The translations under genes and the position numbers were made by a program. Shown here in pieces: positions 39,469 to 49,711 of a DNA stretch of 64,000 bases. Each line of letters opens with the position of its first letter. Within the stretch, counting starts at the first letter, position 1. This DNA is from Leptonemataceae bacterium (GTDB lineage Bacteria; Spirochaetota; Leptospiria; Leptospirales; Leptonemataceae), in assembly GCA_965227295.1 (NCBI GenBank), contig OZ245742.1, positions 4,480,001-4,544,000 on the forward strand, read 5' to 3'. The notes beneath the pieces were generated by a model. The model was not told where the DNA came from. It saw only the letters and a program-made list of their open reading frames with translations, and made no database searches.

Positions 39469-40374
39469 TCATCCTCCCTGTTGGCTTAACCCGAGCAACA
39501 CCCGCGCTTCCGCCGGAGTCGCGGGCTCACGGCCGACGTCGCGACACATGCGCGCGGCTTTCTCCACCAGGTCGCCGTTGGACTTCGCCATCACCCCCGG
39601 CTCCACGTAGAAGTTATCTTCCAGGCCCACGCGGATGTTGCCGCCCATACTGAGGGCCGCGGCGATCAGCGCCCACTGAATGTGCGAGATGCCGATGACT
39701 TCCCAGTGTGAGCCCGCCGGAATCTGTTCCACCTGGTTCGAAAGATTCTTCGCGGTGGCGGGAATGCCGCCGAGCACGCCCATAATAAACGAAAACTGCA
39801 ACGGCGCCTCGATGAGTCCCATGTCCACGAAGGGCTGGATGTTCGTAACGTGACCGGCGTCGAAGCACTCCAGCTCCGGACGCACACCGGCTCCGCGCAT
39901 GGCTTCTAAGTAAAACTGAATCGTATCGAAGGAATTCTCGAAGACCCAGTTGAACACAAACTCCTTGCGTTTCTTCGAGTACTTCGCGTAGTTCATGGAG
40001 CCCATGTTCAGCGCGCCGATCTCCGGCTTCAGTTCGCTGATGTGTTTGACGCGTTCTTCTTTGGGAATGTCCACGGCCCCCGTCGAAAAGTTAATGATCA
40101 CGTCCGAACGCTTGCGGCATTCCTGCATGATCGCATCGTATACTTCCACGCGATGACTGGGCCGCCCGTCATCCTCCCGGGCGTGAATGTGCACCACCGC
40201 CGCGCCGGCATCCCGGGCGCGCTTCGCTTCTTCGGCGATCTCCGCGGGCGTGTACGGAATGGCGGGACACTGATCACGATTCGCGGCAACGCCGGTGAGC
40301 GCCGCGGTAATCACGACTTTTTCTTTGAGAACGGCGCCGGGATCCTGCGCCAGTTGGGCGATGTTGAGGCTCAT
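39469..40374 (-). CDS. 3-keto-5-aminohexanoate cleavage enzyme (BKACE/DUF849) family
   Basis: ITAALTG, PYTPAEIA, HIHAR, GNIRVGLEDN. Confidence 0.92.
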   Translation of the reverse strand: MSLNIAQLAQDPGAVLKEKVVITAALTGVAANRDQCPAIPYTPAEIAEEAKRARDAGAAVVHIHAREDDGRPSHRVEVYDAIMQECRKRSDVIINFSTGAVDIPKEERVKHISELKPEIGALNMGSMNYAKYSKKRKEFVFNWVFENSFDTIQFYLEAMRGAGVRPELECFDAGHVTNIQPFVDMGLIEAPLQFSFIMGVLGGIPATAKNLSNQVEQIPAGSHWEVIGISHIQWALIAAALSMGGNIRVGLEDNFYVEPGVMAKSNGDLVEKAARMCRDVGREPATPAEARVLLGLSQQGG

Positions 40375-40381
40375 AAGATAA

Positions 40382-40516
40382 GATTTACCACCGAGGCGCC
40401 GAGGTCACCGAGTTTAAAGCACAGAGAGCGTTCATAGCTGAAAAACGATCAGCCACAGCCCCCGATGGCCTGCTCGTCTTCCCCTCGGAGACCTCGATCC
40501 TCGGAGTTACACTTCT
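40382..40516. repeat. Inverted pair of CCGAG-periodic repeats downstream of ftsZ
   Basis: Plus strand GATTTACCACCGAGGCGCCGAGGTCACCGAG (40382-40412); minus strand AGAAGTGTAACTCCGAGGATCGAGGTCTCCGAGGGGAAGA (40477-40516). Confidence 0.65.
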
Positions 40517-41923
40517 TCAGCCCCGGTTACGCCGGCGCAGATAGGCCGGGATCTCCAGGTCGTCCAGGTCGATGTCGGCCTTCGGCTTGCGCGCGGGACG
40601 TTCGGGGATGTAATCCGCCAGTTCGTCGAGATCCGTAAGCTCCGTGAGATCGGCGTCCGCCGGTTCCGCTTCGACGCTGGGCACACGGTTCGTCGGTGCC
40701 GGTCGACGCGGAACGTCCGGATCGTCGCCGTACTCGAGGCGCGCGCGGCTACCCGGGGGCAGACTGGTCCCCGAGGACGTCGGCCGACCGGCCGGACGGG
40801 GTGCCGGTTCAGGAGAGCGAATCGAAACCACGGGATGCGACTCCCGGGACGGCGCCGGCGCGCGCGAGGCCCCGTCATAGTTCTTCCAGCTTTCGCCCGG
40901 GGCCGAACGCCCGTCGCCCACGGCGCGCGGCAGTTCTTGTTCTTCGGGATACGCGGCGGAGGCACCGCGGCCGAAGCCCGTGGCAATCACGGTCACCCGA
41001 ATGCGTTCGCGCAACGCCTTATCGATGGTGAGGCCGATGATGATGTTCGCCGTCGGATCCACCTGGCGCGTGATCAATTCTGATACATCCTTCCATTCTG
41101 TGATGGACATGTCTTCACCGCCGCAAACGTTGATCAACAACGCCGTGGCCCCGTCGATGGACGTGTCTTCCAGCAGCGCGTTGTTGATGGCCTGATTCAC
41201 CGCCTCGCCTACCCGGTTCTCGCCGACGCCCTCGCCGGCCCCCATGATCGCATCTCCGGTCTCGCCCATGATCGACCTGACGTCGGCGAAGTCCACATTC
41301 ACCAGTCCCGCGGTGTTGATGAGATCGGAAATCCCCTTCACGGCATTCAGGAGAATCTCATCCACCAGGCGAAAGGCCACATCCACCGGCGTCATCTGAT
41401 CGATCACTTTGAAGATCGAATCGTTGCGAATGGTGATGAGCGTATCGACTTTTTCACGCAGGGCCTCAAGACCGCGACGGGCAAAGTCCATGCGCTTGCC
41501 GCCTTCCATGGCGAAGGGCATCGTCACAACGCCCACGGTCAAAGCACCAACTTCTCGTGCCACCTGTGCCACTATCGGCGCGGCGCCCGTACCGGTACCG
41601 CCGCCCATGCCGGCCGTAATGAAAACCATGTCGGCGCCCTTCAACGCCTGGAGAATGCGATCCCGATCTTCCATCGCGGCCTTGAGGCCGATGTCCGGAT
41701 CGCCGCCGGCGCCCATACCGCGGGTCGTCTTCTGACCCACGGCAATGCGTTCTTCGGCGGCGGACTTACGCAGCACCTGTTCGTCGGTGTTGATTACGAT
41801 GAAGTCCACGCCGCGCAGGTCCGCGGTAATCATGCGGTTCACGGCGTTCATGCCGGCCCCGCCGACGCCCACGACCTTGATTACGGTGGGAGATGTGCGA
41901 TCTTCTTCTTCCAGATGTAACAT
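40517..41923 (-). CDS. ftsZ: Cell division protein FtsZ
   Basis: [24 protein letters not shown]-terminal LEIPAYLR. Confidence 0.98.
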   Translation of the reverse strand: MLHLEEEDRTSPTVIKVVGVGGAGMNAVNRMITADLRGVDFIVINTDEQVLRKSAAEERIAVGQKTTRGMGAGGDPDIGLKAAMEDRDRILQALKGADMVFITAGMGGGTGTGAAPIVAQVAREVGALTVGVVTMPFAMEGGKRMDFARRGLEALREKVDTLITIRNDSIFKVIDQMTPVDVAFRLVDEILLNAVKGISDLINTAGLVNVDFADVRSIMGETGDAIMGAGEGVGENRVGEAVNQAINNALLEDTSIDGATALLINVCGGEDMSITEWKDVSELITRQVDPTANIIIGLTIDKALRERIRVTVIATGFGRGASAAYPEEQELPRAVGDGRSAPGESWKNYDGASRAPAPSRESHPVVSIRSPEPAPRPAGRPTSSGTSLPPGSRARLEYGDDPDVPRRPAPTNRVPSVEAEPADADLTELTDLDELADYIPERPARKPKADIDLDDLEIPAYLRRRNRG

Positions 41924-41956
41924 AACAAACTCCTGCTAACAGCTGACTGACAGCTA

Positions 41957-43192
41957 TTAGAGATTCTCACTGATCCAGTTTTTGATGCGTTCAAAAATGC
42001 CGCCACCGCGGCGCTCGTCCGCGTGCAACGCACCGCCCGGATCACCGGCCATACGATTCGTGTAATGGATCATGCCCACGGCCGTGGCGAACTCCGGCGA
42101 GGAGACACGATCGGTAAAACCTTCCACGGCAAAGGGACTCCGCACACTGACACTGAGCCCCAGGGTATCCTCCGCCAGTTCCTCGATACCCTCTAATAGC
42201 GCGCAGCCGCCGGTTAAGACCACGCCCCCCGCCAGGAAGTTTTTCTTCCCGGACTTCAAGAGCTCCGCATCCACCATTTCCAGGATTTCTTTCATGCGCG
42301 GTTCGATGATCTCCGCGAGTTGCTGGCGCAATACCCAGCGCGCCGGTCGGCCGGGAACCCCGGGCAGTTCGATCTTTTCGGTGGGATCGACGACGTTCAC
42401 CCGCGCGGCGCCGTAGTTTTTCTTTACGACCTCGGCGATCTCCATGGGCGCCTTGAGACCGATCGACAGATCCTGAGTCACGTGCAGGCCGCCCAGGGGA
42501 ACGATGGACGAGTACGAAACTCCGCCTTCAACGTAGAGGATGATGTCCGTGATTCCGCCGCCGATGTCGACGACGGCGACGCCCAGATCTTTTTCGCCGG
42601 GATCGAGGACGGCCTCGGCCGAGGCCAGCGAAGACATGACGCCGCCGGAGACGTGGATGTCCGCGGCCTGCACGGCTTTGTTCAGGTTTGTAAGCGCGGT
42701 TACGCCGGCGGTGACAATGTGCACATCGGCTTCGAGACGAATGCCGGTCATGCCCACGGGGTCCTTGATGCCGCCCTGGTCGTCGACGGTGAACTCGCGC
42801 GAAAGCACGTGAATGATTTCCTGATCGCCGGGAATGCGAATGTTCTGCGCGCCCTCGATGACACGATAGACGTCCGACTCGGTGACGACCCGCTCTTTGT
42901 TCGTGATGGCCACCACGCCGCGGGAGTTGTCGCCCTTAAGATGTTTTCCGGTGATGTTAATCAGCACCTCGTCGGCGGTAAGGCCGGACATGAGTTCCGC
43001 CTCGCGCACGGCCTCACTGACCGACTGGGCCGCCGCGTCAATGTTGACGATGGAGCCGCAGCGCACGCCGCGGGTGGGCGCAGTACCCACGCCGATGATT
43101 TCAATACGATCCGGATCCGCCGCGAGCGGGCGACCGACCAGAACGTGGCACAGGGACGAACCGATGTCTATGGCGCAGATATAATCTCTCAT
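41957..43192 (-). CDS. ftsA: Cell division protein FtsA
   Basis: IDIGSS, PVGMTGIRLEADVH, DIGGG, VLTGG. Confidence 0.97.
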   Translation of the reverse strand: MRDYICAIDIGSSLCHVLVGRPLAADPDRIEIIGVGTAPTRGVRCGSIVNIDAAAQSVSEAVREAELMSGLTADEVLINITGKHLKGDNSRGVVAITNKERVVTESDVYRVIEGAQNIRIPGDQEIIHVLSREFTVDDQGGIKDPVGMTGIRLEADVHIVTAGVTALTNLNKAVQAADIHVSGGVMSSLASAEAVLDPGEKDLGVAVVDIGGGITDIILYVEGGVSYSSIVPLGGLHVTQDLSIGLKAPMEIAEVVKKNYGAARVNVVDPTEKIELPGVPGRPARWVLRQQLAEIIEPRMKEILEMVDAELLKSGKKNFLAGGVVLTGGCALLEGIEELAEDTLGLSVSVRSPFAVEGFTDRVSSPEFATAVGMIHYTNRMAGDPGGALHADERRGGGIFERIKNWISENL

Positions 43193-43221
43193 CGAATGTA
43201 TTTCTAAAACTCAGTCGCGCC

Positions 43222-43992
43222 TTACGGGGCACTACCCGGCACCACCACGCCGCGATCTCCGCGCAGATCAATTGTGCCGCCGCTGTCCACCTGCGCGTTT
43301 TCGTAGTACGAAACCGCGGCGTACAGCCGACGTATCGTCTCGTCGTCCAGTTCCGGCGGCAATTCCACCCGCACACGTTTCGGCGAAAGAAAGAGGCTCA
43401 ACCCGCTTCCGCCATCCAGTACCCGCAGCTCCGAAACACGAGCCGCGAGCTCCGGATACGTTCGGCGCATGCGATCCAGCGACTCCAGCAGCCGCCGCAG
43501 CCCCGGATCGTCGAACCGTTCCGCGTCGCGATGAAACGTCCCGCGCAACACCGGCACTCCGCCGCAGCGCACACGATTCTCCGCGAGAATCGTAAGATCT
43601 CGCCCGATCGCGAAGAGCACCTCGCGCCCGTCCACCCGGCCGTGGATGATCGCCGCGCATTCGCGCTCCTCGACGATCACCCGCAACCCGTCACTGCCGC
43701 GACGCTCGACGCGGGCATCCCGCACGAGCGGATGCAACCGCAATCGCTCTTCCGCCTGCTCCAGCTCTTTGTCCGGATACAGCCGACCGATTTCCAGCCC
43801 CGCGATGCGGCGCACTTCTTCCGCCGTGAGCGTCTGCGTGCCGTCGACCTGCACCCGCTGCACGACTTCCGGAATCACCGGGCCGAAAATCAACATGACG
43901 CTGCCCGCAATCAATGCGACTACGGCGAACACGAACACGACCATGAGACCGCGCGAATTCGTCCCTGCTTCCGGCAGGGAAGACAGCTTCAC
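43222..43992 (-). CDS. ftsQ: Cell division protein FtsQ/DivIB-like
   Basis: Single TM, POTRA-like region, C-terminal IDLR; position upstream of ftsA. Confidence 0.8.
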   Translation of the reverse strand: MKLSSLPEAGTNSRGLMVVFVFAVVALIAGSVMLIFGPVIPEVVQRVQVDGTQTLTAEEVRRIAGLEIGRLYPDKELEQAEERLRLHPLVRDARVERRGSDGLRVIVEERECAAIIHGRVDGREVLFAIGRDLTILAENRVRCGGVPVLRGTFHRDAERFDDPGLRRLLESLDRMRRTYPELAARVSELRVLDGGSGLSLFLSPKRVRVELPPELDDETIRRLYAAVSYYENAQVDSGGTIDLRGDRGVVVPGSAP

Positions 43993-44090
43993 CCGTCTGC
44001 AATATTATGTCGCATTGCAATCGCAACAGTTTTTTCCGTTCCGCTTTTATAACGTAAAAAAACTTTCACTTAATGGATGTGTGTACCGGA

Positions 44091-45842
44091 TCAACTCAGT
44101 ATCTTCTCCACGGGCATCCCGCGGTTGTCCAGGAACTCCGGAAAGCGGTGGCGCAGCATGCGAAAAATCAGCAAGTACAGGCGCGCCATGATTCCGTTGA
44201 ACAATACGTAGTCGAGAAAACGGTACCGCGCGCGCTGGCGCATGGCGACGCGCAGGAACAATCGCAGAAAAAAACCGCGCCGCTCCGGTGACACCTGCAC
44301 GAAGAACTTATACGTACCCGGATACGCGGCGTGGTACCGCGGCAGATCTTTTTCGATCCTGCGCAAAACCTTTGCGCGACGCTTCGAGCCCTCTTTCGCG
44401 TAGATGACCTCGCGGCAGAGCGATAACAAACGAAACGTATCGTAGTGAAAACGCGCGTCGTACGGCAACTTGAGCTCGTGAGCAATTTTGCGCATCTTGC
44501 CGATACGGTCCAGGGCCTTACGCCCGGCCGTTACGGAACGCCGGGCTCCCTTGCGAGAAACGAAGAGATTGTAGAGCGTCACGAAGTGATCCGAAATCGT
44601 AACGTTGTCCCAGAAAATGTGCAGTAGCGGCGGCACGCGAGAGCGATGCACGTAGAGTTCCCGCGGAGCGAACTCGGGATCGTAGAGCAGCTCCCGGATT
44701 ACACGATCCGATAAACGCAGAAACTTGAGAAACTTTCGCACGTCTTTCTCGTTCGGCGAGGACTGCGCCGCGTTCGCGCGGTAAAACTCCGACGCCGCTT
44801 CTTTGACGGTGGCCCCGTCCCGAAAAATGCGCAGCGTCACCGCCGTATTCAATTCGTTCCAGTACGACGTATTCTTGAGAAACGTAAAGTTGCGAAAGTG
44901 CGACCAACCGCCCGTTTGCGCCCACACGTGAATGCCGGCGATGCCCTGCGCTTCCCGCAGTTGTTTGTAATAACGCCGGTACTCCCGCCCCGTGAAAGAC
45001 GGGAACTCCCCGAAGCCCTCGTACTCCCGGCGCGTCTGCAGTTCGATGAGTTTCTTTTCCGGTCCGCGCAGGAAATGCGGATTCAGCTTTAAGTATCGAA
45101 AGAAATCACTTTCGCCGTACTTCATTGAAACAATGAAGTACTCGCTCGCCCCGGTACCGCGGAAGACGCGCCGATAGGTGCGCGGATTCCACATGAGATC
45201 ACCGATGCGATACGCGCCGACACTCCAGGTACGAAAGATCATGTATCGCTTGCGGCTTTCAAAGAGGGGCAACAGTTCATGGATCCAGCGATTGGCCTGG
45301 GCCGGGGTCCGCAGCACGATGCGGCTGCGAAAATCGCCTTTCACGTCGACGCCGTCGGACTCCCCCGCGCGGAAGATGATGCCCGCGATTTCCGGAAACT
45401 CTGCGAGCACATCCTCGATGGCCGCTTTCAGTACTTCGATGAGCCTGCCCTCACGGTTCTGCGTCGCTTCTTCGATGGCAGGATGAAAGAACATGAGGTC
45501 CGTCGTGAGGAAGATGCGCATCTTCAACCGAGCTGCGATCTGAAACAGACGCCGGTAGTACTTGCGCCAGCGTTTGATCTTCTTGCGCAGTTCCGGCGGA
45601 TAAAAATCCAGGAGCGCCACCCGGCTCAGTTCATCCACGGAGATGGAGTTGTATCCGAGATCGGCGGCACGGCGTACGTAACGTTCGAAGTTCGAGCGAA
45701 TCTTCTTCTGGCGCTTCTTATGCGGCAGGCCGTCTTTTTTTTCCAGGTGATGATGCGGGACTTTGGACCAGTTGATCAGCGTGCGCGGATGTTTGACGAA
45801 GAACGGCGACGTCGTGTCGATGATGTAAAGTTTCTCGTGCAT
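44091..45842 (-). CDS. Hypothetical protein (possible glycoside-hydrolase-like TIM barrel)
   Basis: 583 aa ORF; GIIFRAGESDG, IFRTW, SMKYGESDFFRY, REYEG. Fold guess only. Confidence 0.7.
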   Translation of the reverse strand: MHEKLYIIDTTSPFFVKHPRTLINWSKVPHHHLEKKDGLPHKKRQKKIRSNFERYVRRAADLGYNSISVDELSRVALLDFYPPELRKKIKRWRKYYRRLFQIAARLKMRIFLTTDLMFFHPAIEEATQNREGRLIEVLKAAIEDVLAEFPEIAGIIFRAGESDGVDVKGDFRSRIVLRTPAQANRWIHELLPLFESRKRYMIFRTWSVGAYRIGDLMWNPRTYRRVFRGTGASEYFIVSMKYGESDFFRYLKLNPHFLRGPEKKLIELQTRREYEGFGEFPSFTGREYRRYYKQLREAQGIAGIHVWAQTGGWSHFRNFTFLKNTSYWNELNTAVTLRIFRDGATVKEAASEFYRANAAQSSPNEKDVRKFLKFLRLSDRVIRELLYDPEFAPRELYVHRSRVPPLLHIFWDNVTISDHFVTLYNLFVSRKGARRSVTAGRKALDRIGKMRKIAHELKLPYDARFHYDTFRLLSLCREVIYAKEGSKRRAKVLRRIEKDLPRYHAAYPGTYKFFVQVSPERRGFFLRLFLRVAMRQRARYRFLDYVLFNGIMARLYLLIFRMLRHRFPEFLDNRGMPVEKILS

Positions 45843-45846
45843 ACAC

Positions 45847-47340
45847 TTAAGCCGGAACGTCGTCCTGGGTCCGCTGCCCTAAGAAGGCGCGCACACTTCC
45901 GGAAATATCACCGGCGCCGAGGCAGGCCACCACGTCTCCAGGCGACGCGGCCGCCGCAATCCCGGCAAAGGCCGCCGCATCGTTTGACGTCAGGAGCTTC
46001 GTCTCCGGTACCGCTTCCCCCGCCATGCGCAAACGTTCCAGTTCTTCCGCAATCAGTTCGCTCCCCACTCCCGGCCGCGGCTGTTCCCCCGCGGAGTACA
46101 GCGGCAACAGAAACAACCGGTCCGCCCCGCTCAGGGCCCGGGCGAAGGCGGCGTAATGCTCCGCAGTACGCGAATAACGATGCGGCTGAAATACGGCCAG
46201 GAGTTTTCCAGGTTCTTCGAGGCGCCGACGAAAGGCGGCCAGCACGGCGCGAATCTCCGTCGGATGATGGCCGTAGTCGTCGTAGTAGCGCGCGCCCTGA
46301 AATTGCCCCAGTAACTCCATGCGCCGCTCCACTCCTGGAAAAGCGTTCAAGAGCTCAATGCTCCGTTCCGGCCGGTAATCCGGACAACTCAAGAACCCAC
46401 GCCGCACCGACGCGTCGATCAGCGCAAATACGCCGAGGGCGTTGCCGGCGAAATGCCGGCCGGGCATGCGCAGTTCCAGTTCACCCGCGGCCCGGGAATC
46501 GCCGGGAGTAATGACGCGCAAACGATCGCTTTCTCCCAGGAATTCGCCGGCGTAGTGCCGCTCCGGAGCAACCTCGCGCGCGTCCGCCGCGGCGTACGTA
46601 AATATAGTATCACGTGAAGTTAGTCCGGCGGCTCGCACCGCCCCGGCCAGGTGGGCGTCGCCGGCGTTATAGACCGTCAGCGCTCCGCCGGCGGCGAACT
46701 CCCCGAACGAGCGGCTGAGATTCGCAAAGTTGCCGTAGTGCTCTAAGTGATCGTGATCGACGTTTAAGATAAGACGCAAGCGAGCCCTCGCTTTCAGGAA
46801 GGAGCCGTCGGATTCGTCGGTTTCGTAGACGCCCGTGCGACCGGCGCCGTACTCCACGCCCCCGGGCAGGTACAAGGGCCGACCGCCGACCAGAATGTGC
46901 GGCGCAAGATCCAGGCCGCGCAGAACCCAACCAACCATGGACGAACTCGACGTCTTGCCGTGGGTGCCGGCGACACAAAGCGCTTCCGGACAATCTGCAA
47001 AGCACAAATTCAGAAAGTCCATGCGATGCAGCAGACGCAGTTTCCGTTCGTCGGCCAGGCGTCGCGCGGCCTCGCGCTCGACATGATCCGTTGCGATGGC
47101 CGAACTATAGACTACGAGATCGTAACCGGCCTGAAGATGTGCGGCGTCGTGTTGCCGGTGGACGACGACGCCCTCGCCTTCCAGCTTACGCAGTTTTTCC
47201 GGTGTGATGCCGGGGTCCGAACCGTGCACCGTATAACCGGCGCGCACGGCGAAGCGCGCCAACGGTTCCATGCCCGAACCACCGACGCCGATGAGAAAGG
47301 CTCGACCGCGCGGTTTTAAGGCAGAATCAGAAAAAGTCAT
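45847..47340 (-). CDS. murC: UDP-N-acetylmuramate--L-alanine ligase
   Basis: IGVGGSGM, AGTHGKT, ETDESDGSF, DHDHL, DDYGHHPTE, FQPHRYSR. Confidence 0.95.
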   Translation of the reverse strand: MTFSDSALKPRGRAFLIGVGGSGMEPLARFAVRAGYTVHGSDPGITPEKLRKLEGEGVVVHRQHDAAHLQAGYDLVVYSSAIATDHVEREAARRLADERKLRLLHRMDFLNLCFADCPEALCVAGTHGKTSSSSMVGWVLRGLDLAPHILVGGRPLYLPGGVEYGAGRTGVYETDESDGSFLKARARLRLILNVDHDHLEHYGNFANLSRSFGEFAAGGALTVYNAGDAHLAGAVRAAGLTSRDTIFTYAAADAREVAPERHYAGEFLGESDRLRVITPGDSRAAGELELRMPGRHFAGNALGVFALIDASVRRGFLSCPDYRPERSIELLNAFPGVERRMELLGQFQGARYYDDYGHHPTEIRAVLAAFRRRLEEPGKLLAVFQPHRYSRTAEHYAAFARALSGADRLFLLPLYSAGEQPRPGVGSELIAEELERLRMAGEAVPETKLLTSNDAAAFAGIAAAASPGDVVACLGAGDISGSVRAFLGQRTQDDVPA

Positions 47341-48451
47341 CCGCTTCCAGTTCCTGACGGATGCGTTCCGCCGCCCCGGGTCGGCCCAGGTCAACGGAAG
47401 CTTTCGCCGCGGCGCGACGCAGCGCGGGTTTTTGGATCCAGGCGCGCAGGGTTTCGATGAGCAACTGCGGGTCCTCGTCGCGTTGGTCCAGGCAGACGGC
47501 CGCGCCGTGTTCTTCTAAGTAACGCGCGTTGGCGAGCTGATGGGCGTCGGCGGCGTACGGATACGGAACCAGGATCATCGGCAATCCGAAGACCAGGCCC
47601 TCGGAAAGTACGCCGGCCCCGGCGCGGCAGATCAACACGTCCGCCTGTTTGTAAAACTCATGAATACCGGGATGATAGCCCAGGAGTTCGACGTGGGGAT
47701 ACTGTCCTTTCGGCAGGCGTTGTTGCATCTCTTCGACGTGGGCCCGTCCGCACTGCACGATCCAGCGGATTTCTTTGCCGGAAAAAACACCGGCCGCCTG
47801 GACGACCATGGCATTGATCTGCGCCGCCCCCTGGCTCCCGCCGAGCACCAGGGCCGTGAGGGCCTTACTGGACTTCGTCGCTTTCTTTTTCGAAGCCGCC
47901 TTCTTTTTCCCTGCGCTACCGGTCCGCCTGCCCGCGAACTCCAGGATCTTCGGTCGCAACGGATTGCCGGCAACAACGGTGCGCGCCCGGGCACTTAGCT
48001 GAAACTTATCTGAAGTTACGGGGAAATTCAAGAACGTTCGCCGTGCCCATGAGGCGAACAGACGCGTGGCCCGGCCGGGCACGGCATTCTGTTCGCACAG
48101 GCAAAACGGCACGCCGCCCAGCATCGCCGCCGTGATGCCGGGAAAAATGGAGTAGCCGCCCATGCCGATGACCAGGTCCGCGCGGATTTCGCGCAGGAGT
48201 TTGTGCGCCGCAAACAGCGCCTTTGCAAAACGCAGGGGAAAACTGACGAGACCGCGCAGGCTGCGGCGGATGGGCGGGGCGTCGTAGGTGTGCAGGGGAA
48301 ACGGTAGATCGTTAAAGTCGGCGTACCCGCGGTCCTTGCCCAAGGTCAAAAAATGTACGGTGAAACTCTTTTGTAACTCCCGGGCCAGACCGAGGCCCGG
48401 GACGATGTGACCGCCGGTGCCGCCGGCGATGATCAAAATGCTTCTGGACAT
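47327..48451 (-). CDS. murG: MurG glycosyltransferase
   Basis: AGGTGGH, EQNAVPG, GNPLR, GGSQGA, RAGA, HQLANA. Confidence 0.96.
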   Translation of the reverse strand: MSRSILIIAGGTGGHIVPGLGLARELQKSFTVHFLTLGKDRGYADFNDLPFPLHTYDAPPIRRSLRGLVSFPLRFAKALFAAHKLLREIRADLVIGMGGYSIFPGITAAMLGGVPFCLCEQNAVPGRATRLFASWARRTFLNFPVTSDKFQLSARARTVVAGNPLRPKILEFAGRRTGSAGKKKAASKKKATKSSKALTALVLGGSQGAAQINAMVVQAAGVFSGKEIRWIVQCGRAHVEEMQQRLPKGQYPHVELLGYHPGIHEFYKQADVLICRAGAGVLSEGLVFGLPMILVPYPYAADAHQLANARYLEEHGAAVCLDQRDEDPQLLIETLRAWIQKPALRRAAAKASVDLGRPGAAERIRQELEADDFF

Positions 48452-48505
48452 TAAGGACAAATTACGCTTCGCCCTTTTCCAGGCCACCGAATTCCGGGCC
48501 GCCCC

Positions 48506-49693
48506 TCAGCGGCGCGGCGGCCGGGCGTGGGCGCTCGCGTTGACCAGCAGGCCGCAGAACACCAGGCTCACGATCAAACTCGATCCGCCGTAGCTCAAGA
48601 ACGGCAGGCTCACTCCGGTGGTGGGAATGAGTCCCGTTACCACGCACATGTTCACGACGGCCTGCAGCACCAGCATGACGAGCGCGCCGGAGGCAAGCAG
48701 AAAGACGAACGGATCCTCGATGCGCCGAATCATCATACTCCCGCGCCAGAGTAGCGCCGCAAAGAGACCCAGAATGACCGCAACACCGAGCACGCCGAAA
48801 TCTTCCGCGAGCAACGCAAAGATGAAGTCCGTGTGACCGTAGGTTAAGTAACGATGAGAGAATCCGTCGGCGATGTCGCCGCCGCCGAACCAACCACCCT
48901 CTCGAAAAGCGCGGAACGACGTCACGAGCTGGTAACCGCCCTCGTGGCGATACTCGTACGGATCAAACCAGACCATCAGTCGTTCCAGGCGATACTCCCA
49001 GAACACGACAAGCAATGCCAGGAGCGGCAACGTGGCGAGAAAGAGCAATCCCAATCGCAGCATGGGAAAACCGGAGAGATACACCATGCATACGAGTACG
49101 GCCAGCATACAGAGTGTCGTTCCGTACTGCGGTTCCAGCACAATCGAAGCGAGAAGAAACAGAACCAGGCCGAGCGGCGGCGCGAGTTTGCGCACGTCGT
49201 ACTCGGATTGCAATTCGCCGCCGCGAGACAGAACGTACGCGACATACAGGATCATCGCGATCTTGGCGAACTCCGACGGCTGAAAGACAATGGGCCCGAT
49301 GCGCAGCCAGCGATGGAACGCCTCCCGCGAAGAACTTACACTGTGTCCCAGGCCCGGGACAAACACGAGCAACAACACGACGATCGCGAACAACATTCCC
49401 GGCAACGCGAGACGACGCATGAGTTGCATGGGCGTCACCGCCGCGAAGAGCATGAGCACGAAGCCGGCGAAGAACCAGCCGAGCTGCCGCTTCAGAAAGA
49501 AGTCCGGATCACCCAGTTCCCGCGCGGCGATGGTCGCCGAGGCCGGATACAACACGAGCATGCCGGCGGCGGTCAGAGCCACGGCCAGGGCAAACAAAAT
49601 CATATCGCGGCCGGCCACATCGCGTGTGCGCGGCAGGATCTGAAACAATCGCCCGGTGGCGTTTGGAGGAATCGTCGCCTGGTTTGAGGACAT
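48506..49693 (-). CDS. ftsW: SEDS protein FtsW
   Basis: RWLRIG..FQPSEFAK, GYQ, HTDFIF, GVSLPFLSYGGSS. Confidence 0.94.
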   Translation of the reverse strand: MSSNQATIPPNATGRLFQILPRTRDVAGRDMILFALAVALTAAGMLVLYPASATIAARELGDPDFFLKRQLGWFFAGFVLMLFAAVTPMQLMRRLALPGMLFAIVVLLLVFVPGLGHSVSSSREAFHRWLRIGPIVFQPSEFAKIAMILYVAYVLSRGGELQSEYDVRKLAPPLGLVLFLLASIVLEPQYGTTLCMLAVLVCMVYLSGFPMLRLGLLFLATLPLLALLVVFWEYRLERLMVWFDPYEYRHEGGYQLVTSFRAFREGGWFGGGDIADGFSHRYLTYGHTDFIFALLAEDFGVLGVAVILGLFAALLWRGSMMIRRIEDPFVFLLASGALVMLVLQAVVNMCVVTGLIPTTGVSLPFLSYGGSSLIVSLVFCGLLVNASAHARPPRR

Positions 49694-49711
49694 ATGCAAC
49701 GGCGTCCGCAA

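Noticed and set aside
41935..41956. Short GCTAACAGCTGACTGACAGCTA repeat between ftsA and ftsZ
   Set aside because: Too short and single-copy to interpret.
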